Shown here piece by piece: positions 7,865-17,360 of a stretch of 64,000 bases of DNA; the first letter of the stretch is position 1; each line of letters starts with the position of its first letter. The stretch spans positions 10,703-74,702 of IMG/VR virus record IMGVR_UViG_3300025133_000077; one strand, 5' to 3'. The notes below the pieces were generated by a model. The model was not told the DNA's origin, did no database searches, and saw nothing but the letters and a program-made list of their open reading frames with translations. The translations under genes were made by a program, and so were the position numbers. The DNA comes from a virus.

Positions 7865-8268
7865 GCAACACCAAGAAGAACGTCAGCAAGCTGGCCGTCG
7901 TGATGATGGTCAACCGGACCGCCTGGATCGGCAAGATCTACGACACCGACGAGCCGCCGACCATGATCCGGGACGCATCCATCGCGTTCCTGAACCCGCA
8001 GAAGGGCCCGCAGCCGGACATGATGGCGCTGTACCCCATCCGCATGCCCTACGGGCTCGCCGGCGAGACGCTGAAGCGTCTCCGCCTGAACCCCGTCAAC
8101 GTGGAGTCCTGGGCCTTCGTCGAGGACATGACCGCCCTGGACCAGAAGCAGATCAAGGGCTTCCTCAAGATCCAGAACGAGCGCGAGTCCAACGACGGCG
8201 CCACGGCGGCCGGGATCGTCCTGCCCACCGGACAGGACATGGAGGCCATCCGCCGAGGCCGCCGATGA
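7861..8268 (+). CDS. hypothetical protein (135 aa)
   Basis: ATGA overlaps at both ends; strong GC3 bias. Confidence 0.75.
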   Translation: MSNTKKNVSKLAVVMMVNRTAWIGKIYDTDEPPTMIRDASIAFLNPQKGPQPDMMALYPIRMPYGLAGETLKRLRLNPVNVESWAFVEDMTALDQKQIKGFLKIQNERESNDGATAAGIVLPTGQDMEAIRRGRR

Positions 8269-9011
8269 TTCCGACGCTCAAGGATCTCTTCGAGATCTAC
8301 GTCACCAACGAGTGCGACAAGTGCCCGCGGTTGGTGGAGAGCAGGACCAGCCTCGTGTTCGGTGAGGGGCACCTCGACCCGGACATCGTGGTGGTCGGGG
8401 AGGCTCCGGGGTACTGGGAAGACGACCTGGCTCGCCCCTTCGTGGGTCAGTCAGGCGTCCTCCTGGACTCCTTCCTCGCCTACTTCGGCCGGAAGTCCAA
8501 CTCCTCCCTCTGGGCCGTCGGCGAGTCCGTCTCCAAGGGGAAGGAGCTCTCCGGCGACGTCGCCGACACCGTTCGTGATGCCCTCATCGAGACGGAGAAG
8601 GTGCACTACCTGAACGCCGTGCTCTGCCGGCCGCCGGAGAACGTGGCGCCCAACCGCCTGGAGCTGGAGGCCTGCCGAGAACGGCTCGTCCAGACCATCT
8701 ACCGCCTGGACCCCCTGATCGTGCTGGCGTGCGGCAAGGGGGCCGCCAAGTCCCTGCTCGGGAAGACGCTGAACGTGCAGGACAACCGGGGCCAGGTCTT
8801 CGACCTCGAAATCCCGGGGGTAACTGGCGGCATCAGGTACCCGATGCTCCTGACGTACCACCCCTCTTACGTCAATCGCGTGGGGGACTTCTTGAGCAAG
8901 ACCGGGCCGGGTGTGCAGTTCGCGGAAGACCTCGAACGGCTCTTCACCCTGACCGATGAGACCCGACATCTGACCTGTGGCATGGAGATGCCCGAGAGGA
9001 GGAAGTGGTGA
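8265..9011 (+). CDS. udg: uracil-DNA glycosylase, family 4 (Fe-S)
   Basis: CDKC, VGEAPG..E...RPFVG.SG, LCRPPEN, C, TYHPS. Confidence 0.92.
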   Translation: MIPTLKDLFEIYVTNECDKCPRLVESRTSLVFGEGHLDPDIVVVGEAPGYWEDDLARPFVGQSGVLLDSFLAYFGRKSNSSLWAVGESVSKGKELSGDVADTVRDALIETEKVHYLNAVLCRPPENVAPNRLELEACRERLVQTIYRLDPLIVLACGKGAAKSLLGKTLNVQDNRGQVFDLEIPGVTGGIRYPMLLTYHPSYVNRVGDFLSKTGPGVQFAEDLERLFTLTDETRHLTCGMEMPERRKW

Positions 9012-9475
9012 TCCCGAAGAACGTGGAAGACGTGGACACCAGCGCTGCCGAAGAGGCGGTGCAGGCGTTCGAGGAAGCGGAGGAAGAGTTCAAGGCTCTC
9101 CTCCAGGACATCAAGGACAGCCTGGGAGAGGACTGGTACGAGTACCTCCTCGAGACCATGGACAAGCGGCGGACCCTCTGCACCCGGGCGCGGCAGGCCG
9201 TGCGCGGGGTGAAGACGGGGGTGGGCAACTTCGGCGTCCGCGCCGTCACGAAGAACGCATGGGACCCGGCGGCGGCCGTGGAGCTGGCTCGGGTCCGCGA
9301 CGAGCGGGACGAGCTCATCGACGCCGGGGTGCTGAAGTACTCCTTCGACCACAAGCGCGCGAGCGAGGTCCTCGAGCCGCACGTCATGGCCATCTACAAG
9401 GAGAAGGCGCACAGCACCTACCCCGGCACCACGCAGGTCCTCGGCCCGAAGCCGGACGATGACCTCTTCAAGTAG
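9005..9475 (+). CDS. hypothetical protein
   Basis: Coupled ORF with typical codon bias. Confidence 0.7.
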   Translation: MVIPKNVEDVDTSAAEEAVQAFEEAEEEFKALLQDIKDSLGEDWYEYLLETMDKRRTLCTRARQAVRGVKTGVGNFGVRAVTKNAWDPAAAVELARVRDERDELIDAGVLKYSFDHKRASEVLEPHVMAIYKEKAHSTYPGTTQVLGPKPDDDLFK

Positions 9476-9812
9476 GACGACGCCCCGCATCATGATCCGG
9501 CGCAGCGCTGTGAAATCCGGGATGGCCCCGGAGGACCAGTTCTGCGACGATTTCCAGCCCTCGGAGGAGCACATGGACAAGGCGAAGAAACTGGTGGGCA
9601 ACGGCAAGGCGGAAGTGTCCGTCGGCATGGACATGGGGGAGAAGGACTTCGGCAACGGCTTCGGCGTCTTCGTCTCCGTGAAGCTCACATGCAACCAGGA
9701 CGAGAACTCGATCGATGCGGCGCAGGCCCTCGGCCAGGAGATGGTCAAGAGCTACATCGAGATGCAGCACGGAGAGGCGAAGGACCTGTACCAGTACCTC
9801 GCGGGAACCTGA
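9459..9812 (+). CDS. hypothetical protein (start uncertain: 9459/9492/9522)
   Basis: Coupled ORF with typical codon bias. Confidence 0.65.
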   Translation: MTSSSRTTPRIMIRRSAVKSGMAPEDQFCDDFQPSEEHMDKAKKLVGNGKAEVSVGMDMGEKDFGNGFGVFVSVKLTCNQDENSIDAAQALGQEMVKSYIEMQHGEAKDLYQYLAGT

Positions 9813-10060
9813 TGGGGCTGCCCATCGCCGAGAACGACCTCTTCACCGCCAGCCTGATCAAGCTCGAACTCGAGCGGGCTGACGGAACGGGGGCCGTGTT
9901 CCAGCTGATGTACGAGGTCGAGATCCGCAATCGGAGTACCGGCGTTCACGCCGTGCTCCGTGCGCGGGACCTTCCTCCGGACATCCAGGGGCACCTCCAG
10001 GAACTGCGCGCCATGCTCGAGCAGCACGCCGGCGAGAGGCTCTTTTCAACCGGCACGTAG
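9812..10060 (+). CDS. hypothetical protein (82 aa)
   Basis: TGATG overlap with the upstream stop. Confidence 0.65.
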   Translation: MGLPIAENDLFTASLIKLELERADGTGAVFQLMYEVEIRNRSTGVHAVLRARDLPPDIQGHLQELRAMLEQHAGERLFSTGT

Positions 10061-10068
10061 GAGACGCA

Positions 10069-11499
10069 GTGGCAGCGCTGGAACCCACCCTGATCTCCAA
10101 CATCCTGCGAGACCAGACCCTGAAGCCCGTCATCGAGGCGGGCATCACTGAAGCCGACTTCCAGACCCTCGAGGGGGCTGAGTGGTTCCGGTTCATCTAC
10201 CGACACTTCCGGAACCGATCTACCTACGGGCAGATCCCCAGTACCGGGCAGTTCAAGAGGAGGTTCCGGGGGTTCGACTTCTCTCCCTCCACCGACTCCA
10301 TCGCGTCGCTCTGCCAGGAGCTGCGGGACAACCAGATGGTCCTGGAGGGGGCGGACCTCGCCGACAAGATCCAAGACCTCCTGGACGACGACGACCTGGA
10401 CGACGTGCTGTCCAACCTCTCGGGCTTCCTGCGCAAGTGGACGTCCAAGCGAGCGGACGGAGGTGACCTCGACCTCGCACAGGCCGTCGGCACCCTCAAG
10501 GACCAGTACTACGCCGTGAAGGACGGCGACGGACTGCTGGGCATCCCCTACCCCTGGGAGCCAGTGAACAACGAGACGCTGGGCATGCTCGCCGGGCAGC
10601 TCATCATCATCTACGGCCGGCCGAAGGCGATGAAGACCTGGGTGGCGCTGTACATCGCCGTCTACGCCTACCTGTTCTGTGGGGCGAGGGTGCTGTTCTA
10701 CAGCCGCGAGATGGACCGGGTGCAGATCCTGCGACGTGCTTCCAGCATCGTCGTCGGGCTCGACTACCGGGACATCAAGCGGGCCTCCCTCACCGACGTG
10801 GCAGAGCAGGAACTCTGGGGCGCGATGGAGGAACTCTCCGAAGGAGAGGACCTGGGCAACGGGCAGCGCAGTCGCTTCGTCATCTCGAACGACCGCGGAG
10901 CCAACAACGCCGCGACCGTGGACTTGATCTTCCAGAAGGCGCGGGACTACGAAGTCGACCTCGTGGTCGTCGACGCGGTCTACAAGCTCCAGGACGGGAG
11001 AACGAGCAAGAGGGACGCCGACTGGAAGACCCAGATGCACGTGCTCCAGGACATCAAGGACGGTGCCGTGGACATGGGCATCCCCGCCATCGCGGTCACC
11101 CAGGCCAACCGCTCCGCTGCCAAGAACAACGTGAAGCAGGTGGACACCTCTGAGGTGGCGTTCACCGATGCAGCGGGCATGGAGTGCGACGGCATGTTCC
11201 GGGTCATCAAGGGGACCGACCCAGAGACAGGAGAGAACGAGCTGGCCCTGGTGTGGGCGGCGACTCGAGACGAGGAGCTCGACGCCATCCTCATCAACGG
11301 CCAGCCCGGCTACAACTTCCGACTCAAGCGGGAGCACATCACTCTCGACGAGCTGGTGGAGCGCAAAGCGCAGGAGGACAAGGACCTGAGTGCGGGAGAC
11401 CCCGCACCCAAGAAGACAGGCAGAGCAGCTGGTCGTCGGAGCGCGCGCGGCAGGTCCGCCGTGTCGCTGGCACGCCAGGGAGCCAAGAGGAAGAAGTGA
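10069..11499 (+). CDS. dnaB: DnaB-like (SF4) replicative helicase
   Basis: Variant Walker A GRPKAMKT, FYSREM, Walker B LVVVDAVY, TQANR. Confidence 0.88.
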   Translation: MAALEPTLISNILRDQTLKPVIEAGITEADFQTLEGAEWFRFIYRHFRNRSTYGQIPSTGQFKRRFRGFDFSPSTDSIASLCQELRDNQMVLEGADLADKIQDLLDDDDLDDVLSNLSGFLRKWTSKRADGGDLDLAQAVGTLKDQYYAVKDGDGLLGIPYPWEPVNNETLGMLAGQLIIIYGRPKAMKTWVALYIAVYAYLFCGARVLFYSREMDRVQILRRASSIVVGLDYRDIKRASLTDVAEQELWGAMEELSEGEDLGNGQRSRFVISNDRGANNAATVDLIFQKARDYEVDLVVVDAVYKLQDGRTSKRDADWKTQMHVLQDIKDGAVDMGIPAIAVTQANRSAAKNNVKQVDTSEVAFTDAAGMECDGMFRVIKGTDPETGENELALVWAATRDEELDAILINGQPGYNFRLKREHITLDELVERKAQEDKDLSAGDPAPKKTGRAAGRRSARGRSAVSLARQGAKRKK

Positions 11500-12494
11500 A
11501 CGTCTCCTCCGTCGTCCGCCGCATCGCAGACGAACACCTCACTCGGTACAGGGAAGGAGCGGATCACGAGATCATCGGCTGCTGCCCCCTCCACGAGGAC
11601 AGCAGTCCCTCCTTCGCCATCAACGAGAAGACGGGGCTCTGGTGTTGCTACGGCGGCTGCGGTGGAGGGAGCCTCACCTACCTGCTCTACCGGCTGGAGT
11701 ACAGCCGGCGGAACATCGACCGGCTCGTCGAGCCGATCAGGGCCCAGCTCCAGCGCCCACCCAAGAAGAGGATCAAGGATGTCGCGGACCCCTTCCGCGC
11801 ACTCCACCCTCTTCCTGAAGCGCTGCTGGGCGTCTACGACGTCGACCGGCCGCACCCCATGCTCGTCGACATCTTCGAGGCAGATCTGCTTCGTCGGTAC
11901 GACGTGGGGTACGACCGGCACAACCACCGCATCACCTTCCCCATCAGGGATCTGTACGGGAACCTCGCAGGGTTCAGCGGGAGGGCCACGGCCCGTACCC
12001 CGCCGGGCCCCGGCGGAGACATCCCGAAGTACAAGATCTACGACAAGGAGCTCATCCAGGACTACCCCGACTACAAGATCGACCGCGCAAGGCACCTGTA
12101 CAACGCCGACCACGTCTACCCGAAGCTCTACTACTCCCGCGAGGAGGAGTGGCTGATTCTGGTGGAGGGGTTCAAGGCCGCGCTCTGGCTCATCCAGTGC
12201 GGCTTCCCCAACGTGGTGGCCTTCATGGGCGCCTCCCTCACCAACTCCGGGACAGCGTTGATCCAACGGATGACAGACCGCGTCATCCTCTTTCTGGACA
12301 ACGACATCACCGGACGGAAGAAGACCACCAAGGTGGGACGGATTCTGTCCGGGCCTGTCCGTAGACTGAAGGTCGTCGAGTACCCCTTCGACGCCTTCGC
12401 CCAACCCGATCACTTCGACCAAGAAGAGCTGACCTGGCTCTTCGATGACCACTGCCTGCCGTTTCGACGGTGGGCCAGGAGATACGCAGCATGA
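11496..12494 (+). CDS. dnaG: DnaG-type primase
   Basis: CPLHED..PSF...W.CYGGC zinc finger, RITFPI, GFSGR, KY, Toprim LVEGF and LDND. Confidence 0.92.
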   Translation: MNVSSVVRRIADEHLTRYREGADHEIIGCCPLHEDSSPSFAINEKTGLWCCYGGCGGGSLTYLLYRLEYSRRNIDRLVEPIRAQLQRPPKKRIKDVADPFRALHPLPEALLGVYDVDRPHPMLVDIFEADLLRRYDVGYDRHNHRITFPIRDLYGNLAGFSGRATARTPPGPGGDIPKYKIYDKELIQDYPDYKIDRARHLYNADHVYPKLYYSREEEWLILVEGFKAALWLIQCGFPNVVAFMGASLTNSGTALIQRMTDRVILFLDNDITGRKKTTKVGRILSGPVRRLKVVEYPFDAFAQPDHFDQEELTWLFDDHCLPFRRWARRYAA

Positions 12495-13834
12495 GCACTT
12501 TCCGTTCCCGCACCCGCCGTTCCCGCAACGCCTCCAGCAAGCGCCGTGGAGGAGGCGGTGCCCGCGCCTTCTTCTCCGACGAGATCCGCTTCAAGTCGGT
12601 CCCCGTCAAGACCAGCGGCATCCCGACGCTCTTCATCGACGCCAAGTACCCGAACCCCCGCGGCGACGCGGGTGAGTGGGACGCCGAGTCGCCGTACTAC
12701 GTCTACAAGCAGGGCACCGCGGTCATCAAGGTCCGCGGGGAGTTCAAGGGCATGCGGACCGACTGCATGCCGGGCTCCATCAAGGCCCCCGACGAGACCT
12801 ACCCGGCCGACGACCCGCGCGTCTACCACAACCGGGACGACTTCCAGGACTCCTTCTGGAACTACCTGGACGACCAGAACGACGCCCGGATCAGCATCGG
12901 CTACAAGAACGTGCTGAACCTGCTGGACCTCCGGCCCCACCACGAGGTCGAGAAGACCAACCGGGACGGGGACATCATCAAGAAGCAGAGCGGCGACGCC
13001 GTGATGCACCGCGTCCCCTACGAGAAGGGCGGGGAGTACGACGGGGAGCCGATCGTCGTCGGTCGCCGGGGCTACTCGGTGTTCGGCGCCCGGCACATCG
13101 AGCAGGTCATGGACCTGGAGCTGCAGGTCGAGGACTTCTGCCGCTCCTGCCGCGACGGGATCATCGTCCGGGAGGCCTTCATCTGCTCGCGCTGCGACGA
13201 GGTGATGGTCGACCTCACCCAGGCCAACCTGAGCGAGGAGGAGGCGGAGAAGATCTACCAGACCGGCATGAAGTGCCCGCACTGCAAGGGCGCGGGCGTC
13301 TACCCCGAGGAGCTCCTCGGCTGCCGCATCCCCGACGACGAGGGCGACCCCTCCGACGACGTCTGCTGCGATCAGCCCTCCCGGGCGTCGCTGTTCGACG
13401 TGGTGTGGCACGTCCGCAAGACCGGGACGGGCACCGACACGGCCGTCAGCTCGTACCGGAAGGGCAAGGACCGGAGCTGGGTCTGGCTGGAGAACTTCGA
13501 GGTCCTGGACGGCGAGGCGCTCATCGATCCCGAGTTCGAGGTCGAGGAGACCGAGACCGGGTTCAAGCCGAAGTACGTGTGGCACGAGGACGTCGCGAAG
13601 ATGCTCACGCCCTACGACTTCAACAAGGTGCGCAACATCGGAGTCAAGGGCCTGCCGAACCACAACCTCGCCGACTTCCTCGGCATCGACCTGACCGGCG
13701 ACCTCGCCGAGTACAACGACAAGAAGGCCGGGGATAAGGACGACGGCGGCAACAGCCGCGGTGGTGGCGGGGGCTCCCGGCGCTCCGGCTCCGGTCGTCG
13801 CTCCAGCCGCGGTGGCTCCGGCAGCCGTTACTGA
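12491..13834 (+). CDS. putative single-stranded DNA-binding protein with Zn ribbons
   Basis: Lies between primase and polymerase; acidic; CRSC/CSRC/CPHC; Gly/Ser/Arg tail; followed by a strong hairpin. Function inferred from position only. Confidence 0.5.
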   Translation: MSTFRSRTRRSRNASSKRRGGGGARAFFSDEIRFKSVPVKTSGIPTLFIDAKYPNPRGDAGEWDAESPYYVYKQGTAVIKVRGEFKGMRTDCMPGSIKAPDETYPADDPRVYHNRDDFQDSFWNYLDDQNDARISIGYKNVLNLLDLRPHHEVEKTNRDGDIIKKQSGDAVMHRVPYEKGGEYDGEPIVVGRRGYSVFGARHIEQVMDLELQVEDFCRSCRDGIIVREAFICSRCDEVMVDLTQANLSEEEAEKIYQTGMKCPHCKGAGVYPEELLGCRIPDDEGDPSDDVCCDQPSRASLFDVVWHVRKTGTGTDTAVSSYRKGKDRSWVWLENFEVLDGEALIDPEFEVEETETGFKPKYVWHEDVAKMLTPYDFNKVRNIGVKGLPNHNLADFLGIDLTGDLAEYNDKKAGDKDDGGNSRGGGGGSRRSGSGRRSSRGGSGSRY

Positions 13835-13846
13835 TCAACCTGAGCC

Positions 13847-13872
13847 TGGGGCGGCCCTTCGGGGCCGCCCCA
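13847..13872 (+). terminator. 11-bp hairpin with C(UUCG)G tetraloop
   Basis: TGGGGCGGCCC-TTCG-GGGCCGCCCCA between the SSB-like gene and polA; no U-tract. Confidence 0.65.
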
Positions 13873-13885
13873 TTGGAGGACCTCG

Positions 13886-15901
13886 ATGCTCCGACCTCCT
13901 GCAGAGTTCGTGGACACCCAGGAGAAGGCCGAGAAGGTCCTCCGTTACCTGATGAAGCACCGGCGCGTGGGCGTCGACACCGAGACCACCGGCCTCAAGA
14001 TCCACCGGGACGTCGTCCTGTTCTGGGGCCTCGCGACGATGGATCGTCGCTTCTGCATTCTGGGGGACCTGCTCCCCTACTTCTCGCCGCTCTTCATGGC
14101 CAAGAACATCACCAAGGTGTTCACCAACGCCAAGTACGACCGGCACATCATCGCCAACTCCGGCGGCGGCCTCTTCCAGGGACGGATCGTCTGCACGCTG
14201 GTCCAGGACTGGCTGCTGGACGAGAACCGCCGGAGCCACGGCCTCAAGCAGTGCGTCAAGGATCACTTCGGCGACCCCATGCCGGCCTTCAAGGACGTGT
14301 TCGGCAAGGCCGTGCGCGCTGAGAACCAGGCCGGCGAGATGCTGGCGATGCTCCACTCCCCGATCCAAGAGGAACGGGACAAGGCCATCGAGTACACCAG
14401 CCGTGACCCCTGGGAGTCCCTGCGGCTCGCCAACCACCTGGAAGCGCAGCTCGAAGAGCAGGTGGTCGACGACGGCGGCTACAACCTGCTCCAGCACTAC
14501 TGGGACGTGGAGGAGCCCTTCGGCCAGGTGCTCTGGAACATGGAGCGCCGCGGGGTGATGATCAACTCCGACTACCTGGAGGAGATCGCCCCCGGCATCG
14601 AGGAGCAGATCGACCTGATCGAGCGGAAGATGAACCGGGCTGCCGGCCGCGTCGTGAACCTCAAGTCCACGCCCCAGCTCCGCGAGCTCTTCTTCGACCA
14701 GCTCGGGGTGATGCCCACCAAGTTCGGCAAGCCCCACGCCAAGACCGGCAAGGTCATGCCGTCCTGCGACAAGGAGATCTTGGCCGCCTGGGCGGAGGGA
14801 GACATCGGCTTCTGGGACGGCGAGCGGGAGATTCAGGGCGACGAGGAGGACGTGGCCTACGTCCAGGACCTCGCCGGCGCCTTGACCGAGCACCGCGGGC
14901 TGTCGAAGTTCCTGGGGACCTACGTGCACGGCATGGAGCCGTTCATCGATGAGAACTTCCGCATCCACGGGGTGATCAACCAGCACATCACGCGCACCGG
15001 GCGCATCTCGATGAGCAAGCCCAACCTCACCAACATCCCTCGCCTGGAGAACGACAAGTTCGGCATCCGCTACGCCTTCATCGCCGACGGAGGGCGCACC
15101 CTGCTGGTGCGCGACTACGAGCAGCTCGAGATGCGGGTCATGGCCCACTTCTCCGGCGACAAGAACATGATCCAGACCATCCGCAGCGGGAAGGACATGC
15201 ACGCGTTCACCGTCGGTGAGATGCCGATGGGCTTCTCCTACGCCGAGGTGGTGGCGGCCAAGGCGAAGAAGGACGCCGGGCTCCCGCTGACGGCGCGGGA
15301 GAAGGAGGCGTGCACGAAGAGGACGGGCGCCAAGGCTGTGGGCTTCGGCCTCATCTACGGCATCGGGGAGGTGAAGCTCGGGCGTCAGCTCGGACTGCCC
15401 ATCATCGTCCGCATCGACAAGAAGGGGAACAAGCGCGAGACCTGCCCCGAGGCGAAGAAGCTGATCGGCCACTACTTCGGGGTCTTCCCCGGAGCCAAGC
15501 GGTTCATCAAGGACACGCACAGCTGGACCCACAGCGAAGGCTACGTCCAGACCTACCTCGGCCGGTTCCGTCGGCTGCCCACGATCTTCTCCAGCAACCG
15601 GCGGTTGTCGACTCAGGCCGAGCGCCAGTCGGTCAACTCCATCATCCAGGGGAGCGCGGCCGACATCGTGAAGATGGCGATGATCAAGTGCGAGAACGAC
15701 CCCGATCTGCAGGCCGTGGATGCGCGGATGCTGCTGCAGATCCACGACGAGCTGATGTTCAGCGTCCCCGACCACGACGACATCAAGTCCGACGTGGACC
15801 GGAGGGTGCAGGAACACATGGAGAGCCCGTTCAACGAAGAGCTGGCCACGGCCCTGCCTACGTCGGGCGGCTACGCCGTGAGCTGGGGAGAAGCCAAGTA
15901 G
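13886..15901 (+). CDS. polA: family A DNA polymerase (3'-5' exonuclease plus polymerase; no 5' nuclease)
   Basis: DTETTG, NAKYD, TRTGRIS...PNL.NIP, DYEQLEMR, AKAVGFGLIYG, IQGSAAD, LQIHDEL. Confidence 0.96.
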   Translation: MLRPPAEFVDTQEKAEKVLRYLMKHRRVGVDTETTGLKIHRDVVLFWGLATMDRRFCILGDLLPYFSPLFMAKNITKVFTNAKYDRHIIANSGGGLFQGRIVCTLVQDWLLDENRRSHGLKQCVKDHFGDPMPAFKDVFGKAVRAENQAGEMLAMLHSPIQEERDKAIEYTSRDPWESLRLANHLEAQLEEQVVDDGGYNLLQHYWDVEEPFGQVLWNMERRGVMINSDYLEEIAPGIEEQIDLIERKMNRAAGRVVNLKSTPQLRELFFDQLGVMPTKFGKPHAKTGKVMPSCDKEILAAWAEGDIGFWDGEREIQGDEEDVAYVQDLAGALTEHRGLSKFLGTYVHGMEPFIDENFRIHGVINQHITRTGRISMSKPNLTNIPRLENDKFGIRYAFIADGGRTLLVRDYEQLEMRVMAHFSGDKNMIQTIRSGKDMHAFTVGEMPMGFSYAEVVAAKAKKDAGLPLTAREKEACTKRTGAKAVGFGLIYGIGEVKLGRQLGLPIIVRIDKKGNKRETCPEAKKLIGHYFGVFPGAKRFIKDTHSWTHSEGYVQTYLGRFRRLPTIFSSNRRLSTQAERQSVNSIIQGSAADIVKMAMIKCENDPDLQAVDARMLLQIHDELMFSVPDHDDIKSDVDRRVQEHMESPFNEELATALPTSGGYAVSWGEAK

Positions 15902-15937
15902 AAAATAACTCATTTCGGATTGGGGTATGCTGGCGCC

Positions 15938-16507
15938 ATGAAGAGATTCTCGGACCGTTTGAAGGAGAAGGGCGTCGTAATGCGCCCCGCCAGCGTCCCC
16001 AACCCCATCGTGCGCTCCGAGGAAGGCGTGTGGGTGATCGTAGAGGCCCGGGACAGGTCAGAGCGCTGCCGCTTCCTCGTAGACGAGGACGTCTATGCCG
16101 CGCTGGTGGCTCCCCACAGGTGGAACGTGGGGGGCGTAGAGCGCAACCGCGTCTACCACTCGGGGCGCACGCCCTCCGGCAACTCCACGGTGCTGCTGGC
16201 AAGGTTCATCTTCGACCCGCCCGCAGACCGCGAGGTCGACCACATCAACGGTGATCCCCTGGACAATCGCTACGAGAACCTGCGGGTCGCGACCCGCAAG
16301 CAGAACGAGGAGAACCGCCATGTGTCGCGGGGCAAGAGCAAGTACCGCGGCGTGCACCCCTGCAAGCAGACGGGACGATGGAGGGCCCAGGTGACCCACA
16401 ACTACACGGCGCACAAGAGCCCTCGCTTCGACACCGAGGAAGAGGCTCGTGCATGGGCAGTCGCAAAGCGGGACGAGCTGTTCACCCACCACCGGCAGTC
16501 CTCATGA
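15938..16507 (+). CDS. HNH endonuclease with AP2 DNA-binding domain (free-standing homing endonuclease)
   Basis: VDHINGDPLDNR..NLR..T..QN; SKYRGV...WRAQV...FDTEEEA. Confidence 0.9.
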   Translation: MKRFSDRLKEKGVVMRPASVPNPIVRSEEGVWVIVEARDRSERCRFLVDEDVYAALVAPHRWNVGGVERNRVYHSGRTPSGNSTVLLARFIFDPPADREVDHINGDPLDNRYENLRVATRKQNEENRHVSRGKSKYRGVHPCKQTGRWRAQVTHNYTAHKSPRFDTEEEARAWAVAKRDELFTHHRQSS

Positions 16508-16836
16508 CCGAGCCCCTCATCAAGTGGCAGAGCTGGGAGGTCGTCGGTGTGGAGGTCTTCCTCTGGGCCGACGACCTCCCGGAACACACCAACCCGCTCA
16601 CGGACCTCCCCACCATCACCGAGGAGGAGGGCATCAAGGAGGGCGACTACGTCATCGTCGGGAGCATCCTCGGGTGGGTCAAGGCGAGGATCTACAGCGG
16701 GGAGGGGAGCCTGTACGCCAAGAGCGACACCGGCTCCATGATGTACTTCCTGGAGTTCGCCAAGGACGCTCGAAAGTGCTGGGTCTGCATCGGCTCCGGC
16801 AACCTCGCGGCCATCAAGAAGCTGGAGCTGAAGTGA
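16504..16836 (+). CDS. hypothetical protein (110 aa)
   Basis: ATGA overlap; codon bias. Confidence 0.7.
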   Translation: MTEPLIKWQSWEVVGVEVFLWADDLPEHTNPLTDLPTITEEEGIKEGDYVIVGSILGWVKARIYSGEGSLYAKSDTGSMMYFLEFAKDARKCWVCIGSGNLAAIKKLELK

Positions 16837-17126
16837 CGAAGACGGAGCTGATCGAGAGGGTCGCCGAGAACCTGGACATGGGGGGCAACAAAGCCCTGAA
16901 GAAGGGCCTAGTGGCCGACGTTCTGGGGTGTATACTCGACGAGGTCGAGGGCGCGATGCGGGACAAGATCGAAGTGAAGATCGAGGGCTTCGGCACCCTG
17001 AAGCCCGTGTTCCACGCAGAGCGCTCACAGCACAACATCCAGACAGGCAGGACGGTCGTCCGAGAGGCTGGCTACAGCCTCCGCTTCCGTCCCGCCAAGC
17101 GCCTCAAGCAGGCGTTGAAGGAGTGA
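16833..17126 (+). CDS. HU/IHF-family DNA-binding protein
   Basis: MTKTELIERVA...V.IEGFGTL...N.QTG...FRPAKRLK. Confidence 0.9.
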   Translation: MTKTELIERVAENLDMGGNKALKKGLVADVLGCILDEVEGAMRDKIEVKIEGFGTLKPVFHAERSQHNIQTGRTVVREAGYSLRFRPAKRLKQALKE

Positions 17127-17128
17127 TC

Positions 17129-17302
17129 GTGGAGAAGTACGGCGTCGTGACCGAGAAGCCCAAGCCCGGCGAGAAGACCGCGGCCCGCAACGACCAGGAG
17201 AGGCGCGGCTCGAACGTGCCCATCTCCGACTCCCAGGGCACGAAGCCCTGGGAACCCAAGAGCCCTCCGCCGCTGAAGAAGCCGGCGACCCCCAACAAGT
17301 AG
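17129..17302 (+). CDS. small basic protein (MEKYGV...EKTAA...GTKPWE)
   Basis: GTG with SD AAGGAG; fills the gap before recA. Confidence 0.6.
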   Translation: MEKYGVVTEKPKPGEKTAARNDQERRGSNVPISDSQGTKPWEPKSPPPLKKPATPNK

Positions 17303-17360
17303 ACCTCCTCTCCTGAGGAGCCAGAGACGGGCCTGTGACGCAGGCTCGAAGGAACCCCCT

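Noticed and set aside
13712-13738. GGGATAAG resembling the early promoter motif
   Set aside because: Inside coding sequence, with wrong spacing to the upstream box, and followed by a terminator-like hairpin.
17328-17348. Hairpin CGGGCCTG...CAGGCTCG just before the recA SD
   Set aside because: Short GC-rich stem with a wobble pair; expected by chance at this GC content. No SOS box recognised.
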